Below are positions 32,182-41,072 of a DNA stretch of 64,000 nucleotides, piece after piece (the stretch's first letter is position 1; each line of letters begins with the position of its first letter). This DNA comes from Myxococcales bacterium (GTDB taxonomy: Bacteria; Myxococcota_A; Polyangia; Polyangiales; DASUME01). The stretch lies in NCBI GenBank assembly GCA_047601445.1, contig JASGJH010000001.1, positions 4,608,001 through 4,672,000 of the forward strand, given 5' to 3'. The notes under the pieces are model-generated. The model was not told where the DNA came from. It saw only the letters and a program-made list of their open reading frames with translations, and did not search any database. The position numbers and the translations under genes are program-made.

Positions 32182-32775
32182 ATGCGGCCAGTGCTCTTGG
32201 TGCACGGAATTTGGGATACCTCGCGCAGCCTGAAGGTGCTCGCCGAGTCCCTGCGTGGTCGTGGCTTCTCCCAGGTGGAGACGGTAGATCTGAGCCCGGC
32301 CAGCGGCCTCTCACGCCTCGAGGCACTCGCCCATCAGGTGGCCATGCACGTCGCGGCGCTGCGCGAACGCACCGGCGCGGCGCACATCGATCTCCTCGGA
32401 TTCTCGATGGGGGCGCTGGTCTCGCGCTGGTATCTGCAGCGGCTAGGCGGCACGGCGTGGGTAAGGAAGTTCGTGTCCATCTCGGGTCCGCATCACGGCA
32501 CCTGGACCGCCTACGGCTTGCCCTTCCGGGGTGTGCGTCAGATGAGACCCGAAAGCCCCCTGCTGCGTCAGCTCGCGGGACACCGCGAAGAGCTCGGCAA
32601 TGTCGCGGTGCACTGCCTCTACACGCCGTTCGACGCCATGATCGTCCCGGCCGAGAGCAGCGTCTTGCCTGGCGCGCGCAGCGTTCACCGAATCCCGGTG
32701 GTGCTGCATCGCTGGATGGTCACGGACCCGCGCGTGCTCGACTTGGTGGCCTCACTCTTGAAGAACGAGGAGTGA
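32182..32775 (+). CDS. Small lipase/esterase
   Basis: VLLVHGI, GFSMG, GPHHGT, TPFDAMI, LHRWM. Confidence 0.88.
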   Translation: MRPVLLVHGIWDTSRSLKVLAESLRGRGFSQVETVDLSPASGLSRLEALAHQVAMHVAALRERTGAAHIDLLGFSMGALVSRWYLQRLGGTAWVRKFVSISGPHHGTWTAYGLPFRGVRQMRPESPLLRQLAGHREELGNVAVHCLYTPFDAMIVPAESSVLPGARSVHRIPVVLHRWMVTDPRVLDLVASLLKNEE

Positions 32776-32860
32776 GCTCGCCTGCGCTCGGTCTGCCGCG
32801 CCGCGGACGCATGGAGCGTCAGGGTGCGGCGTCACCCGCTGTTCTGGTACAGTGATCGCC

Positions 32861-33328
32861 ATGGCCAGCCCCACCGTCGAACTCGTCGCGGCCCTGCGCA
32901 CCACGGCCCAGCGCCTCATGCAAGGCGCCAACTACAAGTGGTCTCACTTCGGACAGTGCAACTGCGGCCACCTGGCGCAGACCGTCACGCAGCTTTCCGC
33001 CAAGGAGTTGCAGGACGCCGCCTTCGCGCGCGCGGGGGACTGGGGCGAACAAGCCCTCGAGTACTGTCCCACCAGCGGCTATCCGGTGGACTACGTACTT
33101 TCGCGGCTGTTCGAGCTCGGCCTCGAACCCGAGGACATGAAGCACCTGGAGCGCCTCACCGACGACCGCATCCTCCGGCGGCTCGGCGTGGCGTCCCTAC
33201 TCCACACCCGGCGTGACCACGTGGTCTCGTACATGCTCGCCTGGGCGGCTTGGCTCGAGGAGCGCCTGGCACCGGAGGACGCGCAGCAGAGCGCGCTCGC
33301 GCCGGAGCTGGCACTGGCTGCGGAGTAG
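32861..33328 (+). CDS. Hypothetical protein with CNCGH motif
   Basis: GC3-biased ORF; YKWSHFGQCNCGHLAQ..CPTSG. Confidence 0.75.
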   Translation: MASPTVELVAALRTTAQRLMQGANYKWSHFGQCNCGHLAQTVTQLSAKELQDAAFARAGDWGEQALEYCPTSGYPVDYVLSRLFELGLEPEDMKHLERLTDDRILRRLGVASLLHTRRDHVVSYMLAWAAWLEERLAPEDAQQSALAPELALAAE

Positions 33329-33385
33329 TCTCGCGCTGATCGCGCACGCGGCGTACGTCGTGCAGCCGTGACGCACGCCTCGGCG

Positions 33386-33847
33386 TCAGAGAATCGTTCG
33401 GACCTCGACCTGCGTGCCACAAATGTAGCTGGCGAGTTCGCCCACGTGATTCTCGAGATCACGCGTCACCCACTTGGTGAGGTCCCCGATCGAGATCAGA
33501 CCGATGAGATTGCGGTCGCGATCGACCACCGGCAGATGGCGAATGCGCCGCTCGGTCATCACGCGCATGGCTTCGGACACCCGCATGTCCGGCGAGATGA
33601 GCACCGGGTCCTGAGCCATGACCTCCACCACCAGCGTCTCCGGTGGTCGACTCTCGTGCACGATGCGCCACAAGACGTCTCGTTCGCTGAGAACACCGAT
33701 CACATGTCCGCGGGCCGAAAGCACAATCAGCGCGCCGACGTTGTGACGGGCCATGGTGTCCACGGCGACCCGGACAGTGGCGTCCGGCTGCACGCTATAG
33801 ACTTGATGTCCCTTGTGAAAAAGTACATCGGCGACACGATTCTGCAT
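33386..33847 (-). CDS. CBS-domain protein
   Basis: NVGALIV..GVLSERD, RIRHLPVV..GLISIGDL. Confidence 0.92.
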   Translation of the reverse strand: MQNRVADVLFHKGHQVYSVQPDATVRVAVDTMARHNVGALIVLSARGHVIGVLSERDVLWRIVHESRPPETLVVEVMAQDPVLISPDMRVSEAMRVMTERRIRHLPVVDRDRNLIGLISIGDLTKWVTRDLENHVGELASYICGTQVEVRTIL

Positions 33848-34006
33848 GGGGCCTCCTTGTGCTTCCCTGCTAGGCGCACGCCGGCCCGTCCCTGAGCAGG
33901 CGTTTCTACCCTTCGGGGTACGTCGTAATGTGCGCACCGTATCGAAAGGCGAAACCCCGCAACCGTCAGGCTCAGATTTCGCCCATTTAGGAGGGCGAAA
34001 CGCGGG

Positions 34007-34834
34007 TCAGGGCTTGAGGCAGTCCGTCACGCGGAAGGGAAACCATTTGTCGGCCGGCACACGCAGCTCGGGGACATTGACGTCGGCGGGGGCTTCGACG
34101 ATTTCGCTCTTGAGGATCTGCGCCCCGTCTTGCACGACCTCGATGCGGTACTCGCTGCCGGCGTCCAGGATGCCATCGATGCGAATGCCGTCCTCGCGCA
34201 GCGTCTTGCTGAGCATGTTGCCCGTGTAGGTCTTGAACAGGCCCACCTGGCGCGACTCGCTCTGCAAGAAGACCTTGATCTCGAACACCTCGATGTCCTC
34301 GATCTTCTTGGACACGCAGGCCTTGAACGCATCCACGTTGGCCCCGACGGGCAACGCAGGCAGCTCGAACACGATGTCCGCGTTGAGCTCGCTGGGTGCC
34401 TTGGCGGCGAAGTCCTGGGCGAACATGGTGCTGTGCGTGAACTCGCCCTTGCCGCTCGCGGGAACTGGCTCGATCCAGTTGTGCTCGTTCGGATCGAACA
34501 TGTAGTTCTCGTTGGGATCGACGAAGAAATAGAGCGAGTAGTCGCCGGGCCGCAGCGTGTCGCTCATCACCAGGTGCTCCGACGGCAGGCCGCCGCTCTG
34601 CTCCGGTGACAGCACGATACGCGCGCGCGCCTGCATCTGGTTCGCAGAGTTCACGATCGCGACGTCGAGTGGCTGCCCCGCGTGCGGGAACTTCTCGAAC
34701 GTGAAGTCGAGATCACGCACGGCCACCGCCGGGTCGACCTCGTAGTCGCGGGCGTCGGTGATCACCGTGCAGCCCAACGTGCTGAGCAGGCATGAAGTGA
34801 GGAAGGTTCGGACGGAACGTTGCGTCGAGATCAT
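34007..34834 (-). CDS. Putative lipoprotein
   Basis: Lipobox TLGC; start overlaps the TPR gene stop (TGATG). Confidence 0.7.
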   Translation of the reverse strand: MISTQRSVRTFLTSCLLSTLGCTVITDARDYEVDPAVAVRDLDFTFEKFPHAGQPLDVAIVNSANQMQARARIVLSPEQSGGLPSEHLVMSDTLRPGDYSLYFFVDPNENYMFDPNEHNWIEPVPASGKGEFTHSTMFAQDFAAKAPSELNADIVFELPALPVGANVDAFKACVSKKIEDIEVFEIKVFLQSESRQVGLFKTYTGNMLSKTLREDGIRIDGILDAGSEYRIEVVQDGAQILKSEIVEAPADVNVPELRVPADKWFPFRVTDCLKP

Positions 34835-35757
34835 CAGAAGCGAGCTCCCCAGGTCGCGTACGCGCCGTGTGCATCCACAGCCACCCCCGCAATCGGCACT
34901 TCACGCTCTTCGTCGAGCGCGCCCGTCCACCACAGCACGAGCCCGGTCACCACGGTGGCCGCGCCGACCCCGATCAGAACATCGGTGGCGATCGCGAGAC
35001 GCTTGGTGCTGTCGATGCGGTCCCCCTGGGACTCGGGACACTTGGTGCCCGTGCAGTCCTTCTCGAGGTCCTTGCTCTTGAGCAGCGCCGGAATGCCCGT
35101 GCCCAGGCTGGCGGCCAGCAGCGCGCCGCCCGTACCCATCATGTACCAGGGCGCCGCCGACTTCTCGGTGACCTTCTGAGTGCGCGGGGTTGCCTTCGCG
35201 CGCTCCGCCTCTTCGGTGGCCTTGCGCGCGCGCTCCTCCTGCTCGGCCTGACGCGCGGCCTGCGCCTGCATGCTCTCGAGACGCGCCTTGAGGTTGATGC
35301 GATCGGGCGCGTCCGGGACCTGGTCGAGGTAGCCCGAGAGCGCGGAGATCGCGGGCTCGAGGTTGCCCGCTTCGCGGTTGGCGACGTACACGTTGTAGAG
35401 CAGCTGCGGGCGCTTCGAGAGCTGGTAAGCCGCGTCGAATTCCTCGGCGGCCTGCTGAAAGCGGCCGGCGTCGTAGAGGGTCTTGCCGATCGTGAAGTGC
35501 TGCCGCGCCTCGAGGTCCATGGAGGCCATGGCCTGCTCCTGCTCGGCCTGTTGCTGAGCCTGCACGTTGCCGTCCTGCGCCCGACTCGAGGCGGCGCTCG
35601 CGAGCAGCCCGAGCCCGGCCAGCAAGCCGACTCTGCAGGTTGCGCCGATGGTCCCCGGGATGCTGCCGAGAAATCTCCGCTGGGCTCGCTGTTCGTGGGA
35701 ACGCACTCGCTCTCCTTCGTCACCCAGCGCGACATCCGCCGCCCGGGGCGCCCCCAT
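34834..35757 (-). CDS. Secreted TPR protein with C-terminal hydrophobic/beta tail
   Basis: ARQHFTIGKTLYDAGRFQQAAEEFDAAYQL..LLYN TPR pattern; ends GARF. Start uncertain. Confidence 0.8.
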   Translation of the reverse strand: MGAPRAADVALGDEGERVRSHEQRAQRRFLGSIPGTIGATCRVGLLAGLGLLASAASSRAQDGNVQAQQQAEQEQAMASMDLEARQHFTIGKTLYDAGRFQQAAEEFDAAYQLSKRPQLLYNVYVANREAGNLEPAISALSGYLDQVPDAPDRINLKARLESMQAQAARQAEQEERARKATEEAERAKATPRTQKVTEKSAAPWYMMGTGGALLAASLGTGIPALLKSKDLEKDCTGTKCPESQGDRIDSTKRLAIATDVLIGVGAATVVTGLVLWWTGALDEEREVPIAGVAVDAHGAYATWGARF

Positions 35758-35836
35758 GCTATCGCAGTGCCCGCGGATTCCCCAAGCCAGTGGTCAGCCC
35801 GGGTGAACGGGACCGCAGGAGCGAGAGAAGGATTCG

Positions 35837-36889
35837 ATGAAGGCTTTGGTGACCGGCGCGAGTGGTTTCGTGGGCAGCGCCCTGTGTCGAGCGCTCACCG
35901 AGGCTGGTCACCACGCGGTGGGTCTCACGCGCGACCCGGAACGAGCTCGCGCTCGCGTACCCGCCGAGGTCGAGCTGGTACGGGGCGGTGTCGGCTTACC
36001 GAAGGACGTGGCGGCCGCGGCCAAGGGATGTGAAGTGATTTTCCACGCAGCCGGGCTGGCTCCCGGCGCAGCGCCCCAACGCGTGCTGCGTTGGTTGCAC
36101 GTGGCGGGCACCGAGAACGTCGTGCGTGCGGCGCGCCATAGCGGGGCGCGACGCGTGGTCCACATGAGCTGTGCGGAAGTGTCGCTCCATGCAGGAGACC
36201 GCATGCACTGGGACGAGGTCCGAGTCCTGCCGCACGCCCCGCTCGGCGCGCACGCCCAGAGCAAGCTGATGAGCGAGGAGCTCGCGCTCGCCCAGAGCGA
36301 TCACCGCCTGCAAGTGACCGCGCTGCGACCCGCGCTGCTGTGGGGCGAGGGCGCGTTCGACAGCCTGGCGAGCTTGGTCAGAGAAGGCCGCGAGCGTGGC
36401 CTTCAGCTCTACGGCGGCGGACGCAACATCGTGGCCACCACGCACATCGGCAACCTCGCGCGCGCCGCGTTGCTGGCGGCGGACGCCGAAGCAGCGCCTT
36501 CGCGGGCATACTACGTGACCGACGCGGAATTCCTCGAAGCGCGTGAGTTCTTCGGCAAACTGAGCCAGGCACTCGGGCTGCCCGCGCCGCGCCTGGACGG
36601 CAACCTCGGCCTCGCATTGGTACTCGCGCGCGTGAAGGAGAGCTTGGGTGGCGACGCGGGCGCCGCACGTGCGCGCCTCCTGGTACGCGCCAAGAGCGCT
36701 CTGTTCGATCTCTCCCGGGCCACCAAGGACCTCGGCTACGCGGCACGCCTGGACTTGAACCAGGCCATGGAGGAGCTGGCCCGCTGGGTCCGCGAGGCGG
36801 GTGGCGCGGAGGGGCTATTGCGCCAGGCGCGAGGTCCGGTTTCGGAGCGAGATGTCGACGAACAGGTCCAGGCCGCAGGTGGGGACTAA
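35837..36889 (+). CDS. NAD(P)-dependent epimerase/3-beta-HSD-like extended SDR (catalytic Tyr replaced by His)
   Basis: VTGASGFVG, IFHAAG, GTENV, LRPALLWG; the YxxxK position reads HAQSK. Confidence 0.85.
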   Translation: MKALVTGASGFVGSALCRALTEAGHHAVGLTRDPERARARVPAEVELVRGGVGLPKDVAAAAKGCEVIFHAAGLAPGAAPQRVLRWLHVAGTENVVRAARHSGARRVVHMSCAEVSLHAGDRMHWDEVRVLPHAPLGAHAQSKLMSEELALAQSDHRLQVTALRPALLWGEGAFDSLASLVREGRERGLQLYGGGRNIVATTHIGNLARAALLAADAEAAPSRAYYVTDAEFLEAREFFGKLSQALGLPAPRLDGNLGLALVLARVKESLGGDAGAARARLLVRAKSALFDLSRATKDLGYAARLDLNQAMEELARWVREAGGAEGLLRQARGPVSERDVDEQVQAAGGD

Positions 36890-36930
36890 TTCGGGGTCGA
36901 ACTGAGCTCAAGACCTGCAGAAACACGCCG

Positions 36931-36958
36931 TTGACACACGGGAGCCCTTTGCTAACTT
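36931..36958 (+). promoter_or_regulatory. Sigma-70 promoter of tRNA-Ser/ffs unit
   Basis: TTGACA-N16-TAACTT with extended TG, 7 nt before the tRNA. Confidence 0.7.
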
Positions 36959-36965
36959 CGGCCGC

Positions 36966-37055
36966 GGAGGGTTGGCCGAGTGGTTTAAGGCGCCGGATTC
37001 GAAATCCGGTGTGTCCGCAAGGGTACCGCGGGTTCGAATCCCGTGCCCTCCGCCA
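36966..37055 (+). tRNA. tRNA-Ser(CGA)
   Basis: GGAGGGT/GCCCTCC acceptor; CCGGA-TTCGAAA-TCCGG anticodon arm; long variable arm; GGTTCGAATCC; encoded CCA. Confidence 0.97.
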
Positions 37056-37061
37056 GCATCA

Positions 37062-37146
37062 GGAGAGGTGACCGAGTGGTCGAAGGTGCACGACTGGAAA
37101 TCGTGTGTGCAGCAATGTACCGGGGGTTCGAATCCCTTCCTCTCCG
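37062..37146 (+). tRNA. tRNA-Ser(GGA)
   Basis: GGAGAGG/CCTCTCC; CACGA-CTGGAAA-TCGTG; long variable arm; no encoded CCA. Confidence 0.97.
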
Positions 37147-37202
37147 CTGAATATCTACTCGCTGCTGACTGAGTGAGTCGCCCGGCCGATGCCGGGTGTT
37201 TT

Positions 37203-37285
37203 TGGTCCTGCCAACGCTGTCCCGTCAACCCCGCCAGGCCCGGAAGGGAGCAACGGTCGCGGTGTTCAGCGTGTGGCGGGGCCAC
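37203..37285 (+). ncRNA. ffs: Signal recognition particle RNA (4.5S)
   Basis: Domain IV motif CCGCCAGGCCCGGAAGGGAGCAACGG with GGAA tetraloop; closing helices GGTCCTGCCA/TGGCGGGGCC and ACGCTG/CAGCGT; followed by a T-run. Confidence 0.92.
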
Positions 37286-37412
37286 CTTTTTTATTTCGGA
37301 CGCAAGAGCACCGGCGCCCCCGAGCTCGATCGCAACGCATGGCAAGCGAGCTCACCTGGAGCCTGCATCGCGCGATTGACCCGGATCACCGCACGCCGCG
37401 CTCCGTGTCTGC

Positions 37413-38480
37413 ATGAAGGCGCTCCGAGTTCCCCTCTCCCCCTTGCTAGCAATGCTTTCTTCGCTGCCGTTCGCGGCCTGCGGCGATGGCCCTCCCACCA
37501 ACGCCACCGATGGCCTCGAGGCGCATGCGCAGCCAAGCGACGACACGAGCATGTCGGACAGCCAGGGTCAGGACGCGGCAGGCCCCGAACCGGCGACTCC
37601 CAGCTCGCCCGCGCGTCCCGGCGACGACGGCACGGGGATTTGCGAACGCCATGCGGCCCAGGCAGTGCCGCTCACGCCGCGCGTGCTGATTGTGGTCGAC
37701 CGCTCGGGCAGCATGGCAGGCGATCGATGGCAGGAGGCCATCGAGGCCGTCGACGCACTGACCTCCGAATTTTCCGGGTTCGAGTTCGGCCTGTCGCTCT
37801 ATCCCTCGGTTGGGGAGGAGCTCGCTTGCCAGGGTGGAGACGTGGTGGTGGCGCCGGGCGCGAACACGCAGGCCCTGATCCATACCCACTTGTTCGCTGA
37901 GGAGACGCGAGCCATCGAGGACCACGGCTTCACGCCCACCGCCGCCACCCTGGTGGCCGTCGAGAACGCCATCGCGCCCGCCCCCGACGAACTACAGCCC
38001 CACGTGGTGCTGCTCGTCACCGATGGCCGTCCCAACTGCAACCTGGCCGGACCCGAGAAGTACAGCGCCGACCTGGACGCGACGTACGCGGCGATCGACA
38101 CGCTGACCGCCGATGGGGTGCGGACCTTCGTGGTCGGCTACCACACCGAGGAATACGCCGACGTGATGGACGAGATGGCGCGCCACGGTGAGACCGAGCG
38201 GCACTATGCGGTGGAGAACGCCGAGACCTTCAGTGCGGCCTTCGGAGCCATCGCGACGGGCCTCACGCCCTGTAATTTCGAGCTCGACGAGGTGCCTCCT
38301 GCTGCGGAGTACGTGCGGCTCGAGTTCGACGGCAAGGCCCTGCCCCTCGCCGATAGCGCGGGCTTCACGCTGGAGGGCACGCGCATCGAGCTCGGCAGCG
38401 CCAGCTGCGCGATCATGCGGGACGGCCAGGTCCATACGGTGCAGGTCACCGTCGAGTGCGAGCCCGTGGTGCTGTTGTGA
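37413..38480 (+). CDS. vWA-domain lipoprotein
   Basis: Lipobox-like FAAC; MIDAS DRSGSM, TPT, VTDGRPNC. Confidence 0.85.
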   Translation: MKALRVPLSPLLAMLSSLPFAACGDGPPTNATDGLEAHAQPSDDTSMSDSQGQDAAGPEPATPSSPARPGDDGTGICERHAAQAVPLTPRVLIVVDRSGSMAGDRWQEAIEAVDALTSEFSGFEFGLSLYPSVGEELACQGGDVVVAPGANTQALIHTHLFAEETRAIEDHGFTPTAATLVAVENAIAPAPDELQPHVVLLVTDGRPNCNLAGPEKYSADLDATYAAIDTLTADGVRTFVVGYHTEEYADVMDEMARHGETERHYAVENAETFSAAFGAIATGLTPCNFELDEVPPAAEYVRLEFDGKALPLADSAGFTLEGTRIELGSASCAIMRDGQVHTVQVTVECEPVVLL

Positions 38481-38531
38481 TGCTCCCGTCGAGCGCGAGG
38501 ACGCCCGCCCGCGCCGCCTCCCCGAATGCCC

Positions 38532-39020
38532 TCAGCCGCCCTGACGCTTGATCCGGATCTTGGCGAAGAACTCGCGTAGCTGTGCGGCACACTCTTCGGA
38601 GCGCACGCCGTCGAGTACGTCGAGGCGATGATTCAGGCGCGGATCTTCGAGCAAGCGGTAGAGCGTCTTCACGGCGCCCGCCTTGGGGTCATCGGCGCCA
38701 TACACCAGGCGCTCCACGCGCGAGTTCACCAGGGCGCCGGCGCACATGGGACAGGGCTCGAGCGTCACGTAGATGCTCACGCCAACCAAGCGCCAGCTCG
38801 AGAGATAGGCTGCCGCGGCCCGCATGGCGGTGAGCTCGGCGTGCGCGCTGGGATCGCGTGCCGTCTCCCGCAGATTGTGTCCGCGGCCGATGACGCGCCC
38901 TTGGTGCACGGCCACGGCTCCCACGGGCACCTCCCCGCGCTGAGCCGCCTTGGCCGCTTCAGCCAGGGCTTCGCCCATGAAGAGGGCATGCTGCTCGAGA
39001 GCGCTGAGGGGTTCGGTCAT
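38532..39020 (-). CDS. tadA: tRNA adenosine(34) deaminase
   Basis: [33 protein letters not shown]. Confidence 0.96.
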   Translation of the reverse strand: MTEPLSALEQHALFMGEALAEAAKAAQRGEVPVGAVAVHQGRVIGRGHNLRETARDPSAHAELTAMRAAAAYLSSWRLVGVSIYVTLEPCPMCAGALVNSRVERLVYGADDPKAGAVKTLYRLLEDPRLNHRLDVLDGVRSEECAAQLREFFAKIRIKRQGG

Positions 39021-39022
39021 GG

Positions 39023-39050
39023 GCTTCAGAAACCAAGCTTCAGAAACCAA
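39023..39050. repeat. Perfect 14-bp tandem duplication
   Basis: GCTTCAGAAACCAA twice (39023-39036, 39037-39050). Confidence 0.9.
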
Positions 39051-39081
39051 AAAGGCAGGAGCCTGATGGCTCCTGCCTCTT
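39049..39081 (-). terminator. Intrinsic terminator after tRNA-Arg
   Basis: Minus strand AGGCAGGAGCC-ATCA-GGCTCCTGCCT-TTTT. Confidence 0.8.
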
Positions 39082-39087
39082 GATTAG

Positions 39088-39161
39088 CGCGCCCGGAAGG
39101 ATTCGAACCTCCGACTTTCGGTTCCGTAGACCGACGCTCTATCCAACTGAGCTACGGGCGC
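39088..39161 (-). tRNA. tRNA-Arg(ACG)
   Basis: GCGCCCG/CGGGCGC; TCGGT-CTACGGA-ACCGA; GGTTCGAATCC; no encoded CCA. Confidence 0.97.
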
Positions 39162-39171
39162 AGGGCGGGTG

Positions 39172-39200
39172 GATATGCTCCACACCTTGAAGAATGTCAA
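39172..39200 (-). promoter_or_regulatory. Sigma-70 promoter for tRNA-Arg
   Basis: Minus strand TTGACA-N17-CATATC. Confidence 0.55.
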
Positions 39201-39242
39201 CTCCGGGCAAGAAAAAGCTTTTTTGCACCGGTGCCGACTCAG

Positions 39243-39330
39243 CGGAGAGGAAGGGATTCGAACCCCCGGTAGGCTTTTGACCCACGCTCCCTTAGCAAGG
39301 GAGTGCCTTCGACCACTCGGCCACCTCTCC
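39243..39330 (-). tRNA. tRNA-Ser(GCT)
   Basis: GGAGAGG/CCTCTCC; CTCCC-TTGCTAA-GGGAG; long variable arm. Confidence 0.97.
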
Positions 39331-39352
39331 TCCCGTGACCGGGAAGGCGCCT

Positions 39353-39381
39353 TATGTAGTGGGCGCCTCGGATCCTGTCAA
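39353..39381 (-). promoter_or_regulatory. Sigma-70 promoter for tRNA-Ser(GCT)
   Basis: Minus strand TTGACA-N17-TACATA. Confidence 0.55.
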
Positions 39382-39469
39382 TCTCGTGAATTCCTGGATG
39401 GATACTCAACCGACCCGATTTGTTTTGGCGCCCCTCCAGCCAAGGTTTTCGGCCATATTCCGGGCACCG

Positions 39470-40114
39470 ATGCTCACCCGCCCCCTCCTCGCTCTGCTTT
39501 CCCTGCTCGCCCTCGGCTTCTTCGCTTTTCAGGCTTCGCCCGCGAAGGCCTGCAAGTGCGCGCCGCTCTCGGTCACCGAAGGACTCAGCCAAGCCGACGC
39601 GGTCTTCGAGGGCCGCGTCGTGTCCATCGAGGATCAGGCGGATCCCAACCAGCCAGGCATCACGCGCAAGCGCGTGACCCTCAGCATCGTACGCGTGTGG
39701 AAGGACCTCGAAGACGTCGAGACGGTCAGCGTGATCACCAACGCCGAGTCCGCGGCCTGCGGCTTTCACTTCGAGCCCAAGCAGAGCTACCTGGTGTACG
39801 CCACGCGCAACGAGCAGGACCTCAGCGTGCACTCCTGCTCTCGCACCCGCCCGATGGCCGACGCCGCCGAAGACCTCGCCCAGCTGGGCGCGGGCGTGAC
39901 CCCGGTTCGGGTGGCCCCCACTCCCGCCCCCGCGGCCGACACCAAGAAGGCTACCGACGGAACGACGAAGCCCCCGAAGACCAGGGGCTGCACCATCGCG
40001 TACGGCCACGATGCCGGCTCGGCGCTCGTGGCGGCTTGGATCGCGCTCGGGCTGCTCTTCCGAGCTCGCGCCCGCTCCGACGACTCGCGCCGCGGCGCGC
40101 TCACGCGTTCTTGA
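39470..40114 (+). CDS. Secreted TIMP/NTR-like domain protein with MYXO-CTERM-like tail
   Basis: Signal ends PAKA|CKCAP; ADAVFEGRV, VWK, ACGFHF..YLVYA, CSRT; Pro/Thr linker; GC-TM-Arg tail. Confidence 0.75.
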   Translation: MLTRPLLALLSLLALGFFAFQASPAKACKCAPLSVTEGLSQADAVFEGRVVSIEDQADPNQPGITRKRVTLSIVRVWKDLEDVETVSVITNAESAACGFHFEPKQSYLVYATRNEQDLSVHSCSRTRPMADAAEDLAQLGAGVTPVRVAPTPAPAADTKKATDGTTKPPKTRGCTIAYGHDAGSALVAAWIALGLLFRARARSDDSRRGALTRS

Positions 40115-41012
40115 AGATCTCCATCGTGTCGCGCAGCAGCTTGGCGCCCTCGGCCTGCGAACGCTGGAACGCGTTGCGACCCATGATGCTGCCGTAGCCG
40201 CCGCCCTTGGCGATCTGGCGGATCTCCTCGAGCACCTCGTCGGTGCCCTTGGCCGCACCGCCCGAGAAGATCACGATGCGCTTGTTGTTGAACGAGCTCT
40301 GCACCACGTGGCTCACGCGCTCCGCCAGCGTCGCCTTCGGGATCTTCTCGTAGTACTTGGCAGCTTCCTTCTGCTCGATGTGGTCCGTCGGCGGCTTCAC
40401 CTTCACGACGTGGGCGCCGAGCTGGCAAGCGATGTGGGCCGCGTAGGCGCTGACGTCGAGCGCGGTCTCACCGTTTTTGGAGAGGCCGGCGCCGCGCGGG
40501 TAGGACCAGAGGATGGTGGGCAGGCCGACCGCGCGAGCTTCCGCGATGAAGTTGCGGATATTCTGGTACTGCTCGTTGCGCAGACCGGAGCCGGGGTAGA
40601 TGGTGTAGCCGATCGCGGTGCAGCCGAGGCGCAGCGCGTCCTGCACGCCCGAGGTGAGTGCGGAGCAGGGCTGATCGGGGCCACCGAGGCTGTCGGAGTT
40701 GTTCACCTTGAGGATGAGCGGCAGGCGGCCGGCGTACTTGGTCGCGATGGCCTCGATGAAACCGAGCGGCGCGGCGTAGGCGTTGCAGCCGGTCTCGAGG
40801 GCGAGTGCCGCGTGGTACTCGGGATCGTAGCCAGCAGGGTTGGGCGCGAAGCTGCGCGCGGGTCCGTGCTCGAAGCCCTGGTCGACGGGGAGGATCACGA
40901 GCTTGCCCGTGCCAGCCAGGGTACCCGTGTTGAGCAGGCGGCGAAGATTGCCGATGATACCGGGGCTTTCACCAGCGTAGTTGGCGAGAATCTGCTCGAC
41001 TGCGTTGCTCAT
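40101..41012 (-). CDS. fbaB: Class I fructose-bisphosphate aldolase (DhnA type)
   Basis: ILPVDQGFEHGP, GYTIYPGS, WSYPRG, VKVK, FSGG, GRNAFQR. Confidence 0.93.
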   Translation of the reverse strand: MSNAVEQILANYAGESPGIIGNLRRLLNTGTLAGTGKLVILPVDQGFEHGPARSFAPNPAGYDPEYHAALALETGCNAYAAPLGFIEAIATKYAGRLPLILKVNNSDSLGGPDQPCSALTSGVQDALRLGCTAIGYTIYPGSGLRNEQYQNIRNFIAEARAVGLPTILWSYPRGAGLSKNGETALDVSAYAAHIACQLGAHVVKVKPPTDHIEQKEAAKYYEKIPKATLAERVSHVVQSSFNNKRIVIFSGGAAKGTDEVLEEIRQIAKGGGYGSIMGRNAFQRSQAEGAKLLRDTMEIFKNA

Positions 41013-41072
41013 CTGTATCTCCACTCGTTGACGGGTTTTCTGCGTTAGGGGCCGCCTGGCGCGTGCGCCAGG

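Noticed and set aside
36966..39330. Integrative element at the tRNA cluster
   Set aside because: No integrase, and the shared tRNA 3' sequence is inverted and part of two complete tRNAs, not a direct att repeat.
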